Under the pieces are notes generated by a model. It did no database searches, had not been told where the DNA came from, and saw only the letters and a list, made by a program, of their open reading frames with translations. Shown here one piece after another: positions 48,708-57,880 of a stretch of 64,000 bases of DNA. Every line of letters begins with the position of its first letter. The first letter of the stretch is position 1. The translations under genes and the position numbers were made by a program. The stretch comes from Arenicellales bacterium (lineage in GTDB: Bacteria > Pseudomonadota > Gammaproteobacteria > Arenicellales > Poriferihabitantaceae): assembly GCA_965116595.1 (NCBI GenBank), contig OZ220708.1, positions 1,590,875-1,654,874 of the forward strand, read 5' to 3'.

Positions 48708-49613
48708 TTGAATATTTCCGCAAGCGCCAGTGGTATCCACATCAGTGTCGAAGATCTCTCGCATCGATACACGCATAAATCGCCTTTTACATTCGAAAAG
48801 GTCAGCTTCAAGGCGGAACCGGGCGAAGCCCTGACCATAATCGGCCGGTCCGGATGTGGCAAGTCAACGCTGCTTCAGGTTATCGCGGGATTGTTGCCTT
48901 ATTCCATAGGCAAGGTTCAACTTGAGAATGAAGATGTCGTTGAACCCTCCTCGCGGTGGGTCATGATGTTTCAGGCTCCCCATTTGTTTCCCTGGATGAA
49001 CGTTCGTCAAAACGTCGGCGTGGGCCTGCGTTTTGCGAACTGGCCGAAGGAACGGATTACGGATCGTGTCGATGAGGCGCTTGAACTCGTCCACCTGGAA
49101 GAGTTTGCCAACAAGAACACTCAGGATCTGTCGGGCGGTCAGCAACAGCGTGTTGCGCTGGCGCGATCACTGGTCATGGAACCGGAGATGCTGCTCCTGG
49201 ATGAGCCTTTCTCGGCGCTGGATGCCTTCACCCGCGCCAGTCTCCAGCATGATGTACGCCAGATCGCCAAGCAACTGTGTATCAATGTTGTCCTGGTTAC
49301 ACACGATATCGACGAAGCCATCCTGATGGCTGACCGCGCCTTGGTGATGGCAGGTTCTCCGGGCAAGATCGTACATGATTTCAAGGTGGATCTCCCGGAC
49401 CCGCGTGAGCGCCGCGATCCGAAAGTGCAGGAAATGCGTACCAGGCTGATGGGGGTTTTCCACGATGCTACGCATGAGCAGGGCGAGGATGAAGGTGATT
49501 TACCGATAGTAGACGATGAACCGATAGTAACCGACTCGACAAAACTTGAGTTTTCGGGCCGCGAGTTTAGTCGGTCTAACTGGACCGAGGTGGCATCCGG
49601 CCGCCCAATTTGA
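48708..49613 (+). CDS. NitT/TauT-family ABC ATP-binding protein
   Basis: GRSGCGKST, LSGGQQQR, LLLDEPFSALD, THDIDEA. Confidence 0.95.
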   Translation: MNISASASGIHISVEDLSHRYTHKSPFTFEKVSFKAEPGEALTIIGRSGCGKSTLLQVIAGLLPYSIGKVQLENEDVVEPSSRWVMMFQAPHLFPWMNVRQNVGVGLRFANWPKERITDRVDEALELVHLEEFANKNTQDLSGGQQQRVALARSLVMEPEMLLLDEPFSALDAFTRASLQHDVRQIAKQLCINVVLVTHDIDEAILMADRALVMAGSPGKIVHDFKVDLPDPRERRDPKVQEMRTRLMGVFHDATHEQGEDEGDLPIVDDEPIVTDSTKLEFSGREFSRSNWTEVASGRPI

Positions 49614-49631
49614 CACTGTGGAGGAATCAGA

Positions 49632-50924
49632 ATGACTGATATGAAAAAAATGTACACGAAGCACGGTGATGGTATTCAAGATCCAAATCTCGTAATCGAG
49701 TGTGACCCCAACTTCAAGGGTATCCTTGGGTCGTCGGTCAATCGACGCGAACTGCTGCAACTGGGTGCTGCCGCAACTGCGGCCGGATTTACCTTACCAT
49801 CCTCTAGCCTGGCGCAGCAGACCAACTGGGATCCGGTGGTCAAGATCGGATACATTCCAATCACGGACTCGGCCGCGTTACTGGTTGCCCATGAATTGGG
49901 ATACCTGAAAGAAGAGGGTATCGATTCGGTCAGGCCGACGCTTATTCGAGGGTGGTCTCCGCTGGTAGAAGCCTTCGCCTCCTACCGCTTTAACCTGACT
50001 CACATGTTGATCCCGATTCCGATCTGGATGAGGTACAACAACAATTACCCAGTCAAAATCACCGCCTGGGACCACACCAACGGTTCTGCAATCGTGGTGG
50101 GCAAGAATACCGGTATCAACTCGCCGGCCGATTTCGGCGGCAAGCAGTTTGCAATGCCATACTGGTACTCGATCCACAACATTGTATCGCAACGTCTGTT
50201 ACGTGATGCCGGGATTACGCCAGTCATTCGTCCGCAGGATGCTGAATTGGGGCCGAATGAGTGTAACTTTCTTGTGCTGCCGCCGCCGTCAATGCCGCCG
50301 GCACTGGCTGCCGGCACGATTGACGGCTACTGCGTAGCCGAACCCTTCAACGCCCTGGGTGAACTCAAGGCAGGAGGCAAGGTGCTTCGGTTCACCGGTG
50401 ACGTCTGGAAAGGCCACCCATGCTGTGTGGTCGTCATGCACGAAGAGAACACGATGGATCCAGACCGGGCGGCATGGGCGCAGGGTATCCACAATGCCGT
50501 GGTGAGGGCACAGATCACGTTGGCCGAAAATCGTGAGGAAATGGCCGTGATGTTGTCACGTGACGGTCAGAAGTACCTGCCATTCCCGAAGGAGGTGATT
50601 GAGCGCGCCATGCTGTTCTACGATCCCGCCTACTACAACAATCCGCTTGCAATCAAGCATCCGGAGTGGGGTATGGACCGGATCAACTTCCAGGCCTGGC
50701 CGTATCGCTCGGCGACCGAACTTGTGGTCGATGATCTGAAGCAGACTCTCGTTACCGGTGATGATGCATTTCTGGCTGGCCTGACACCAAAAATGGTGGC
50801 CGACGATCTGGTCAATTACGAGTTCATCAAGAATTCACTCGAAGCCAACCCGAAATGGCGTAACGATGTGAGTGTTCCGAAAGGGGATGATCCCTATACG
50901 CGGACGGAAGTGGTTGAACTGTAG
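49632..50924 (+). CDS. NrtA/CynA-like ABC substrate-binding protein (Tat)
   Basis: NRRELLQ Tat motif, IGYIPITD, NGSAI, VAEPFN, W.GHPCC. Confidence 0.9.
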   Translation: MTDMKKMYTKHGDGIQDPNLVIECDPNFKGILGSSVNRRELLQLGAAATAAGFTLPSSSLAQQTNWDPVVKIGYIPITDSAALLVAHELGYLKEEGIDSVRPTLIRGWSPLVEAFASYRFNLTHMLIPIPIWMRYNNNYPVKITAWDHTNGSAIVVGKNTGINSPADFGGKQFAMPYWYSIHNIVSQRLLRDAGITPVIRPQDAELGPNECNFLVLPPPSMPPALAAGTIDGYCVAEPFNALGELKAGGKVLRFTGDVWKGHPCCVVVMHEENTMDPDRAAWAQGIHNAVVRAQITLAENREEMAVMLSRDGQKYLPFPKEVIERAMLFYDPAYYNNPLAIKHPEWGMDRINFQAWPYRSATELVVDDLKQTLVTGDDAFLAGLTPKMVADDLVNYEFIKNSLEANPKWRNDVSVPKGDDPYTRTEVVEL

Positions 50925-50964
50925 GCGCTGTCAGATCGCGTACATATAGATCCTGAATCTGGAT

Positions 50965-51777
50965 GTGACCATGGATCCAAGCCAGCCTAAGTTCTGGATC
51001 AAAAAGTACGGCCTCAAGTTATTTAACTGGGTGGCCGGACTTCTGATCCTGTTTTCGCTCTGGTGGTTGGGCGGTTTCCTGATCCATCTGAATCCCGACA
51101 CAACCCATTTTTCGGACTTCGGGCCAATCCCGACCCTCCAGGCTTTCCCCGAGCTCTGGGGAGATGGAACGATACTGGATGCAGTCATGTCCAGTGGCTA
51201 TCGGCTCGGTATCGGGTTGTTGATCGCCATCGCCTGCGGCATTCCGATCGGGATTCTAATGGGTCGCAGTCGTACGTTTCGTGAACTGAGTAATTCGCCA
51301 TTTCAGTTGCTGCGTATGATCAGCCCGCTGTCCTGGGAGCCGATTGCTGTTATCGTTTTCGTGACCTGGAACCAGGCGATCATATTCCTGATTGCGGTGG
51401 CCTCAGTCTGGCCGGTTGCCTTCGCAACAGCGGCAGGCCTGGCGAAGGTGGATCCGGCCTGGTTCAAAGTTGCCAGAAACCTCGGCGCCAGTCCCTGGCA
51501 CCGCCTGACGCTGATCATCATTCCGGCGATCACGTTCGATATGTTGACGGGAATCCGCGCTGCCCTCGGCGTCGCCTGGATCGTTCTGGTTCCGGCTGAG
51601 TTTCTCGGCGTAACTTCAGGTCTGGGCTATTCGATCGCGGATGCGCGTGAAACGCTGTCCTACGACTATCTGACCGCGATGGTATTAACAATCGGTTGCA
51701 TCGGCTACATTCTGGACAGTTCCTGTGTGCTGGCAATCAAGCGGTTCAGTTGGCACAGGGGTGATGAATCATCCTGA
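50965..51777 (+). CDS. NitT/TauT-family ABC permease
   Basis: PIGILMG, LR.ISPLSW.P, VARNLGAS, W..LVPAE.LG..SGLGY. Confidence 0.93.
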   Translation: MTMDPSQPKFWIKKYGLKLFNWVAGLLILFSLWWLGGFLIHLNPDTTHFSDFGPIPTLQAFPELWGDGTILDAVMSSGYRLGIGLLIAIACGIPIGILMGRSRTFRELSNSPFQLLRMISPLSWEPIAVIVFVTWNQAIIFLIAVASVWPVAFATAAGLAKVDPAWFKVARNLGASPWHRLTLIIIPAITFDMLTGIRAALGVAWIVLVPAEFLGVTSGLGYSIADARETLSYDYLTAMVLTIGCIGYILDSSCVLAIKRFSWHRGDESS

Positions 51778-51838
51778 CCCGACTTCAATGTTTTTTAATA
51801 ATCTAATCATATAACGAGTTAAATAGGAGAGAAGTAAA

Positions 51839-52024
51839 ATGAGTACTTTAGCAACGACATCGGCAATTAGCGTACCCACTATCGGCACTCGCGTGCTGAG
51901 TCAGCTGGTAGCTGCATTAATTCTGGGTTCAGTCATTCTCTATGGGGCGGGATTTGCGAATATGGGAGTCGCGCATAGTGCTGCCCATGACGCCCGTCAT
52001 TCACAGGGCTTCCCTTGCCATTAG
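51839..52024 (+). CDS. cbtB: Cobalt transporter subunit CbtB
   Basis: Single TM then HSAAHDARHSQGFPCH. Confidence 0.92.
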   Translation: MSTLATTSAISVPTIGTRVLSQLVAALILGSVILYGAGFANMGVAHSAAHDARHSQGFPCH

Positions 52025-52049
52025 TAGTCGCTGATTCCAGGTTTGTGCT

Positions 52050-52811
52050 GTGGTATTTCGGAAAGTCGTCTACTATTCGATTCTGGTTGGGATCGTAGCC
52101 GGCCTCGTCCTGACCGCGGCCCAACGTTTGCAGGTTGTGCCGATCATCTTTACTGCGGAGGTATACGAAAGTACGTCGATAGACACCGGATCAGGTGGGG
52201 CTGACGACCACGCACACTGGTCGCCGGAGGCAGGCATGCGGACTGTGTTAACCGCGTTTTCCAACGTGCTGACAGCTATTGGATACGCACTGATACTGCT
52301 GTCCGTGATGCTGGCTGTACAAACCTGGTCCCCAGGCAAGCCAAACCGACTTACCTGGCAGAGGGCGCTTGGTTGGAGCCTGGCAGGATATGCCATATTC
52401 TGGTTAGTGCCATCACTTGGTTTGCCACCGGAAATTCCTCTGCAAAATGCCGCCGAACTGCAAGATCGTCAGGTCTGGTGGGTAATCTGTGTCGTCTGTA
52501 CGGCTGCCGGGCTTGGTGGACTTGCTTTCGCGTCGACACCCTGGCGATGGCTGGCGCCACTGGTCATCGCGGTCCCTTACCTGATCGGCGCACCGCATCC
52601 GGAAGGTCCGATGTTTATTGGCCAGACCCCGGAATTCGCAGGGGCACTTGAGGCGCTTGCTGCTGAATTTTTCTATGCCACGGCCATCGTGAATGCCGTG
52701 TTCTGGCTGGTTCTTGGTTCGCTGGTTACCTGGTCCGGTGTCCGGATCAGCCGGAGTATGGCAACAGCGGACAAGGATTCTTCCAAACCCGCTACCACAA
52801 CCTCGGCTTAA
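52050..52811 (+). CDS. cbtA: Cobalt transporter subunit CbtA
   Basis: P.I..AEVYE, PSLGLPPEIP, RQVWW, GAPHP. Confidence 0.92.
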   Translation: MVFRKVVYYSILVGIVAGLVLTAAQRLQVVPIIFTAEVYESTSIDTGSGGADDHAHWSPEAGMRTVLTAFSNVLTAIGYALILLSVMLAVQTWSPGKPNRLTWQRALGWSLAGYAIFWLVPSLGLPPEIPLQNAAELQDRQVWWVICVVCTAAGLGGLAFASTPWRWLAPLVIAVPYLIGAPHPEGPMFIGQTPEFAGALEALAAEFFYATAIVNAVFWLVLGSLVTWSGVRISRSMATADKDSSKPATTTSA

Positions 52812-52825
52812 CTCAAGGAGTCAAA

Positions 52826-53218
52826 GTGACCAATAAGATCAGTATCATCTGTTTGTCGGGTGAACACGAAAAGCTGCAAATGGCGGCCATGGTGGCCTCG
52901 GTTGGAGCTGCATCAGGAGATGAAGTCACGGTTTTCTTTTCTATGAACTCGATGAAGTACTTTATCAAGGGCAATGAGGACACTGTCCCGGCCGAGGGTG
53001 AATTCGGCGCTACTGCCCTGAATCGTGAGGGTGTGCCCCCCTTTCGGGATTTGTTCCAACAGGCAGTAGAGCTTGGTGATGCGGCCTTGCTTCCCTGTTC
53101 GATGGCGATGGACCTGCTGGAATTGAAGGATGGTGATCTGATGAACGAGTTCGGACCGTCTACCGGGTTGACCAAATTCTTGAGCGATGCAGAGGGATCG
53201 CAAATTATAACTTTTTAA
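52826..53218 (+). CDS. DsrE/DsrF-like (DsrE2/E3-type) sulfur carrier
   Basis: V.VFFSM, PCSMAMDL conserved Cys. Confidence 0.82.
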   Translation: MTNKISIICLSGEHEKLQMAAMVASVGAASGDEVTVFFSMNSMKYFIKGNEDTVPAEGEFGATALNREGVPPFRDLFQQAVELGDAALLPCSMAMDLLELKDGDLMNEFGPSTGLTKFLSDAEGSQIITF

Positions 53219-53248
53219 TGGTAGAATTTCTGTGTAAGGAGGGATGAC

Positions 53249-53479
53249 ATGAGTGAGCATATCATCATTGATGCAAAGAACACCTATTGCCCGGGCCCAT
53301 TGATGGAGTTGATCCGGTGCGTGAAACAGGCGGAGGTCGGCGACGTACTCGAGTTGCTTTCGACCGACAGCGGCACTGCTAATGACGTTCCCGAGTGGGT
53401 CGCCAAGATCGGCCATGAAATTTTGAGCTCGGAGCAAATCGATGACGTCTGGCACGTCACGGTGAAAAAGGTCAAGTAA
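53249..53479 (+). CDS. TusA-family sulfurtransferase
   Basis: IDA...CPGP.M, LSTD.G..NDVP.W. Confidence 0.92.
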   Translation: MSEHIIIDAKNTYCPGPLMELIRCVKQAEVGDVLELLSTDSGTANDVPEWVAKIGHEILSSEQIDDVWHVTVKKVK

Positions 53480-53520
53480 CGCCCGTTCCAGGTCGCTGCG
53501 CTGAAATACGGAAGGTTGAA

Positions 53521-54654
53521 ATGAAAATTCTGGTAGTGGGTGGCGGTACCGGTGGTACGATCACCGCCAACAATGTGGCCCGACGCCTGGCGTCGGAAAT
53601 AAGTGCAGGCAAGGCGGGTATCACGATGCTGTCCGCATCCGACCGCCACATGTATCAACCCGGCTTGCTGTACGTTGCTTTCGGGCAGATGATGCCTGAT
53701 GAACTGTATCGCGATCAGGCGAGCCTGCTTGAAAGTTCCATAGACTTTCATGTCGATCCGGCTGAAGATTTTGATCTTGACAATAACCGGGTGACGACGC
53801 AGAGCGGCCAGGTTCATGACTACGACGTACTTGTTATCGCAACCGGTTCGCGCATCATGCCGAAGATCATTCCCGGCCTCAACGAGGGCGCCGAAACCTT
53901 TTATACCGAGGAAGGGGCGATCAAGATGTTCAAGGCCCTGCGGGAATTTGAGGGCGGCAAGGTTGCTACCATCGTCGGTGTACCTCACAAGTGTCCTATT
54001 GCACCGGTGGAGGTAACTTTTTCGCTGCACGATTATTTCAAGTCCCGCGGCATTCGCGACAAGGTCGAAATCAAGTACCATTATCCGATCAACCGGATTC
54101 ACAGTATCGAAAATGTGGCTGCCTGGGCGGAGCCCGAGTTTCGACGCATGGGTGTCGAGTACGAAACCCTTTTCAATGTCGAGGAAGTCGACGTAGAAAA
54201 CAAGATTGTCAAGAGCCTCGAAGGTACCGAATATCAGTACGATCTGCTGATTTCGATTCCCGAACATAACGGGGTTGAAGCCATTATCAACAGCGACCTG
54301 GGGCAGGACGGCTGGATACCGACTGATCGGCACAAGCTGACGATGACGGGCTATGACAATGTCTATGTCGTGGGCGACACCACCGATCTGCCGGTCAGCA
54401 AGACAGGGTCAGCAGCTCACTTTCAGGCTGAAGTCATTGCAGAGAATATTGCCTCGATGATCAAGATAGGCACACCGGTCACAGAGTACAACGGCAAGGT
54501 GTACTGCTTTATAGAAGCCGGTTACGATAAGGCAACCTACGCAATGTTCAACTATGACTTCCCGCCCGATTTGAAAGAACCGAACAAATCCATGCACTGG
54601 TTCAAGGTCAGTTATAACAAGATGTACTGGACCAGTGTTCGCGGGCTACTGTAA
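53521..54654 (+). CDS. Sulfide:quinone oxidoreductase-like flavoprotein (short type)
   Basis: VVGGGTGG, KCPIAP, VGD...P.SK.G..AH, YCF; the two Cys lie at SQR-like positions. Confidence 0.8.
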   Translation: MKILVVGGGTGGTITANNVARRLASEISAGKAGITMLSASDRHMYQPGLLYVAFGQMMPDELYRDQASLLESSIDFHVDPAEDFDLDNNRVTTQSGQVHDYDVLVIATGSRIMPKIIPGLNEGAETFYTEEGAIKMFKALREFEGGKVATIVGVPHKCPIAPVEVTFSLHDYFKSRGIRDKVEIKYHYPINRIHSIENVAAWAEPEFRRMGVEYETLFNVEEVDVENKIVKSLEGTEYQYDLLISIPEHNGVEAIINSDLGQDGWIPTDRHKLTMTGYDNVYVVGDTTDLPVSKTGSAAHFQAEVIAENIASMIKIGTPVTEYNGKVYCFIEAGYDKATYAMFNYDFPPDLKEPNKSMHWFKVSYNKMYWTSVRGLL

Positions 54655-54665
54655 GGCAGACATCA

Positions 54666-55070
54666 ATGACCTCTGGACCAGAAAACGAAAACAGCAACAG
54701 CCTGGAAAAAAGTCTTGAAGGGTTGACCGAGATCGGTACCGTCATCGCTGCAGCCAAGGATGCGCTTAACGACGACATGGTTGCCAGAATGTCTTCGGCG
54801 TTTTCCGAGGGCGTCATGTTGCTTGATCGCCTGACCCGGAACCAGGCCCTCGTCCGGTTGCTGCAAAATCTTGATCGGCCGGAGAATCAGGCATTGCTGA
54901 ATAGCCTTTCGGATGCGCTTGGCAAGACCAGTATCGAGATGTCTTCTTCGTCGCCGGCAAAGGGAGGGTTCGGTAACCTGGTCAAGCAATTGAACGACCC
55001 GGATACGCAGGAAGGTCTGCGTATACTCGCCATGTTTGGTAAGCACCTGGGGGCGGGTATACGTAAATAA
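54666..55070 (+). CDS. DUF1641-family protein
   Basis: Helical; GGFGNLVKQLNDPDTQEGL motif; usual SQR neighbour. Confidence 0.75.
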   Translation: MTSGPENENSNSLEKSLEGLTEIGTVIAAAKDALNDDMVARMSSAFSEGVMLLDRLTRNQALVRLLQNLDRPENQALLNSLSDALGKTSIEMSSSSPAKGGFGNLVKQLNDPDTQEGLRILAMFGKHLGAGIRK

Positions 55071-55107
55071 ATGGGGGTTCCTGATCACTTCCAGCGCCGC
55101 GGGAGTT

Positions 55108-55605
55108 ATGATTCACGTATACGAATTCTTCGGTGACAATCCAATTATCGGCGCCTTGATGCTGGATACGGATCGCCGATCTGCGTTGCACTCGATACGC
55201 GTCAGCAAGCCGCTGTTTCGCGCTCCTTTTATCGAGGTGGAACACTCCGACGGTACGCTCGAAGTCCATCAGTTTGCAAAGGATGACTTTACCAATCACT
55301 GGGCGGAGGCGAGGTTGCTGTTCACCTTGTTGACCGGCATGGAAATCAAAACGGATTTCAACCCGGGCGCCCTTGATCGGGGGGCGCAACGGCGGGCGGA
55401 AATTCTGCAGATTCGCGACCAGGGTATTGAGGCCTCAAAGCATCTATTCGAACAGGGTTTGTACGACGAGTTTATCGGATGCTATGGCCCGGATTGCAAA
55501 CATGTTCCTGAGGAGGCGGTTCAAATGCTGGGCGAAGCACGGCGCCGACTCGCGGATAGCCTGCCCCGGACCTCCCTGGACACCGGTTCAGGAGCCCGCC
55601 AATGA
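55108..55605 (+). CDS. Hypothetical protein
   Basis: GGAG RBS before ATG 55108; stop overlaps GST start (ATGA). Confidence 0.6.
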   Translation: MIHVYEFFGDNPIIGALMLDTDRRSALHSIRVSKPLFRAPFIEVEHSDGTLEVHQFAKDDFTNHWAEARLLFTLLTGMEIKTDFNPGALDRGAQRRAEILQIRDQGIEASKHLFEQGLYDEFIGCYGPDCKHVPEEAVQMLGEARRRLADSLPRTSLDTGSGARQ

Positions 55606-56204
55606 AACTGTACGATTTTGCCCGCTCCGGCAATTGCTACAAGATACGATTGTTTCTCTCGCTGATCAATATGCCGCACGAGACCGTGACGGTTGACCTG
55701 TTCAAGGGAGAGCATCGTGAACCCTGGTTTCTGGATATCAATCCTGAGGCCTGTGTACCGGTACTCGTCGATGGCGGAATGACGCTGCAGGATTCGGTTG
55801 CCATACTGGTATATCTGGCCAGGAAGTGGGGCGATGAGCATTGGTTCCCGAAGGAGGCGCTGGCGGTGGCGATGGTGACCCGCTGGCTGGCTTTCGAGCA
55901 GGGTATGATGCGCTACGGGTTGGCTCGGGGTCGATCCATCGCGCTGAACAACCCGGTCAAACTCGCTGGGACCGGCAACCTTGAAGAGTGCCGTCAGATC
56001 GGCGCTGGCGCGCTTAACCTGCTTGAAACACAATTGTCGCGAACGGTCTGGCTGGTCGGGGATGCCCACCCCACGATTGCCGATATCGCGTGTTATCCTT
56101 ACAGCCTGCTGGCCCCTGACGCGGGCCTGTCGCTGGAACCCTATCCGTCGATCAGGGAGTGGTTCAAGAAAATCGAAACCTTGCCGGGTTACCGGGTTAT
56201 GTAA
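55602..56204 (+). CDS. Glutathione S-transferase family protein
   Basis: SGNCYKIRL, NP...VPVL, DSVAILVYLA, PTIADIACYPY. Confidence 0.93.
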   Translation: MKLYDFARSGNCYKIRLFLSLINMPHETVTVDLFKGEHREPWFLDINPEACVPVLVDGGMTLQDSVAILVYLARKWGDEHWFPKEALAVAMVTRWLAFEQGMMRYGLARGRSIALNNPVKLAGTGNLEECRQIGAGALNLLETQLSRTVWLVGDAHPTIADIACYPYSLLAPDAGLSLEPYPSIREWFKKIETLPGYRVM

Positions 56205-56223
56205 TGAGCAAACCAGGCAAATC

Positions 56224-56490
56224 ATGATCAGTGAATCTGAAGCGTTGGATATCGCCACACAGTACCTGCACGAGGAGTACCAGGCGTCGGGGCTGTCCGT
56301 GACTGTCACAGGTCGCAGTGTTGAACTCAAGGACATGGACGAGGGGCTTACGATGGTAGGTCTATTCGGAAAATTCTATTCCGTGACTTTTCATTGCGAT
56401 ATTCAACCAAATGCGTTCGACCCTGACTACATCATCCTTCTCATTGATGCCGAGACGGGGGAACCGTTCTGGTACCCAGGTGAGCACTAG
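56224..56490 (+). CDS. Hypothetical small acidic protein
   Basis: 88-aa ORF (MISESEALDIA...IDAETGE); the longer ORF call from 55981 overlaps GST. Confidence 0.6.
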   Translation: MISESEALDIATQYLHEEYQASGLSVTVTGRSVELKDMDEGLTMVGLFGKFYSVTFHCDIQPNAFDPDYIILLIDAETGEPFWYPGEH

Positions 56491-56573
56491 ATTCTGGAGG
56501 CATGATTGGCGAAGCTCAACTGGAGATTGACGATTGGTTGTGATAGGGTGGACTGTTCAAGGTAGAGGCTATT

Positions 56574-57401
56574 TTGATGATCAGTGTAGACCCCCATTGC
56601 CGATCCCATTCGCTGGATGACGAAACCTCCGGGCGCCTGATCAGCCGGCTGGAAAGCCGTGCGCAGGATGACGTGTTCACCCGACTGTTCGACCGCTATG
56701 CCGACACCCTGGAATTTTCCGACGATACACTCACGCTGGAGGTGGGGTGCGGAACCGGGGCCATGATTCGCTCGCTGGTAAACAAACCGAATTTCCGCGG
56801 CCGCATTGTCGGTGTCGATCAGAGTCCGGCTTTCATCGATGCAGCGTCCGGCTTCGCCGAAAATGCCGGTATCACGGATCGGGTCGAATTTCATGTCGGC
56901 GACGCGCATAATCTTGATAGTGAAGACGGAAAATTCGATCTGGTCATCGCCCATACTGTGATCAGCCATGTTGTTGATCCGCAATCGGTTGTCAACGAGT
57001 GCGCCCGAGCCTTACGTCCTGGAGGAATGCTTGTTGTTTTCGATGGTGACTACTCGTCGCTGACCTACGGGTTTCCTGACGATCCGGAACTGGGACGGCG
57101 TATGGATCGTGCACTTGCCGAAACCACCTTCCACAATCCTTTGGTAATGCGGGATCTGATCAAGCTGTTGCCCGAAAGTTGTTTTGACATCGAAGATACC
57201 CTTGCCGAGGTCGTTTCGGAAATTGGGGAGGCCAGCTACTTCAAGTCCTTTGCCGACACTTACGCGCCCATGGTGGCGAGTGGTGACATGATGGACGCCG
57301 GTGAGGTGGAGCGTTGGGTCAATGGGCAGGCCGAACTGATTGCCAGCCGACAGTTTTTTGCCTCATGCAACTACTACACCTATCGGTCACGGCGCGTCTG
57401 A
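56574..57401 (+). CDS. Class I SAM methyltransferase (UbiE-like)
   Basis: LEVGCGTG, GVDQS, VGDAH, LRPGG. Confidence 0.9.
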   Translation: MMISVDPHCRSHSLDDETSGRLISRLESRAQDDVFTRLFDRYADTLEFSDDTLTLEVGCGTGAMIRSLVNKPNFRGRIVGVDQSPAFIDAASGFAENAGITDRVEFHVGDAHNLDSEDGKFDLVIAHTVISHVVDPQSVVNECARALRPGGMLVVFDGDYSSLTYGFPDDPELGRRMDRALAETTFHNPLVMRDLIKLLPESCFDIEDTLAEVVSEIGEASYFKSFADTYAPMVASGDMMDAGEVERWVNGQAELIASRQFFASCNYYTYRSRRV

Positions 57402-57511
57402 GCGGTGGTGATCCTGTTTATCGGCACCACCAACCTTTCACACAGTCTGATACAGTTTATAATTCCCGGTTGATTTGCATTATCCGGAACCAGAGCTTCA
57501 GACCGGTCATG

Positions 57512-57802
57512 CTATTCGAGAATCAGCGGCTGGAAATCTGACCACAGAATGACCGGTTCAGCCGGGGGCGGCCTGTCCGCTGGAAAATGGTTCAGGTTTG
57601 AGGTTATTTCGAGCCCGGAGTTATAGGCGCCGAGAACCATGTACTGGATAAAATCGTCGGGATGATCTTCCAGAATGGTCTCGGCGCCGCATTTGTAGTT
57701 GAGTTGAATCCGCCATTTCATGCGCGAAACACGCTCGTAAGTATGTTCACAGATGGGAGGCCAGAACATATTAAACTTCTTGATTTGACTATTAATAACC
57801 AT
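57512..57802 (-). CDS. Hypothetical 96-aa protein downstream of the tubulin-like gene
   Basis: Perfect AGGAGG RBS 5 nt before ATG. Confidence 0.7.
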   Translation of the reverse strand: MVINSQIKKFNMFWPPICEHTYERVSRMKWRIQLNYKCGAETILEDHPDDFIQYMVLGAYNSGLEITSNLNHFPADRPPPAEPVILWSDFQPLILE

Positions 57803-57880
57803 TATCGCCTCCTGACATCAATCTTGAGCCGGGTTTCAGTTGCCATTGGATCAACCATTTTCAATCAACCACGTTTCTGC

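Noticed and set aside
51778-51838. Cobalamin riboswitch before cbtB
   Set aside because: The intergenic region is too short and has no B12-box
55981-56223. N-terminal extension of the 56224 ORF, or a GST fusion
   Set aside because: It is an alternative frame overlapping the GST; ATG 56224 is a cleaner start
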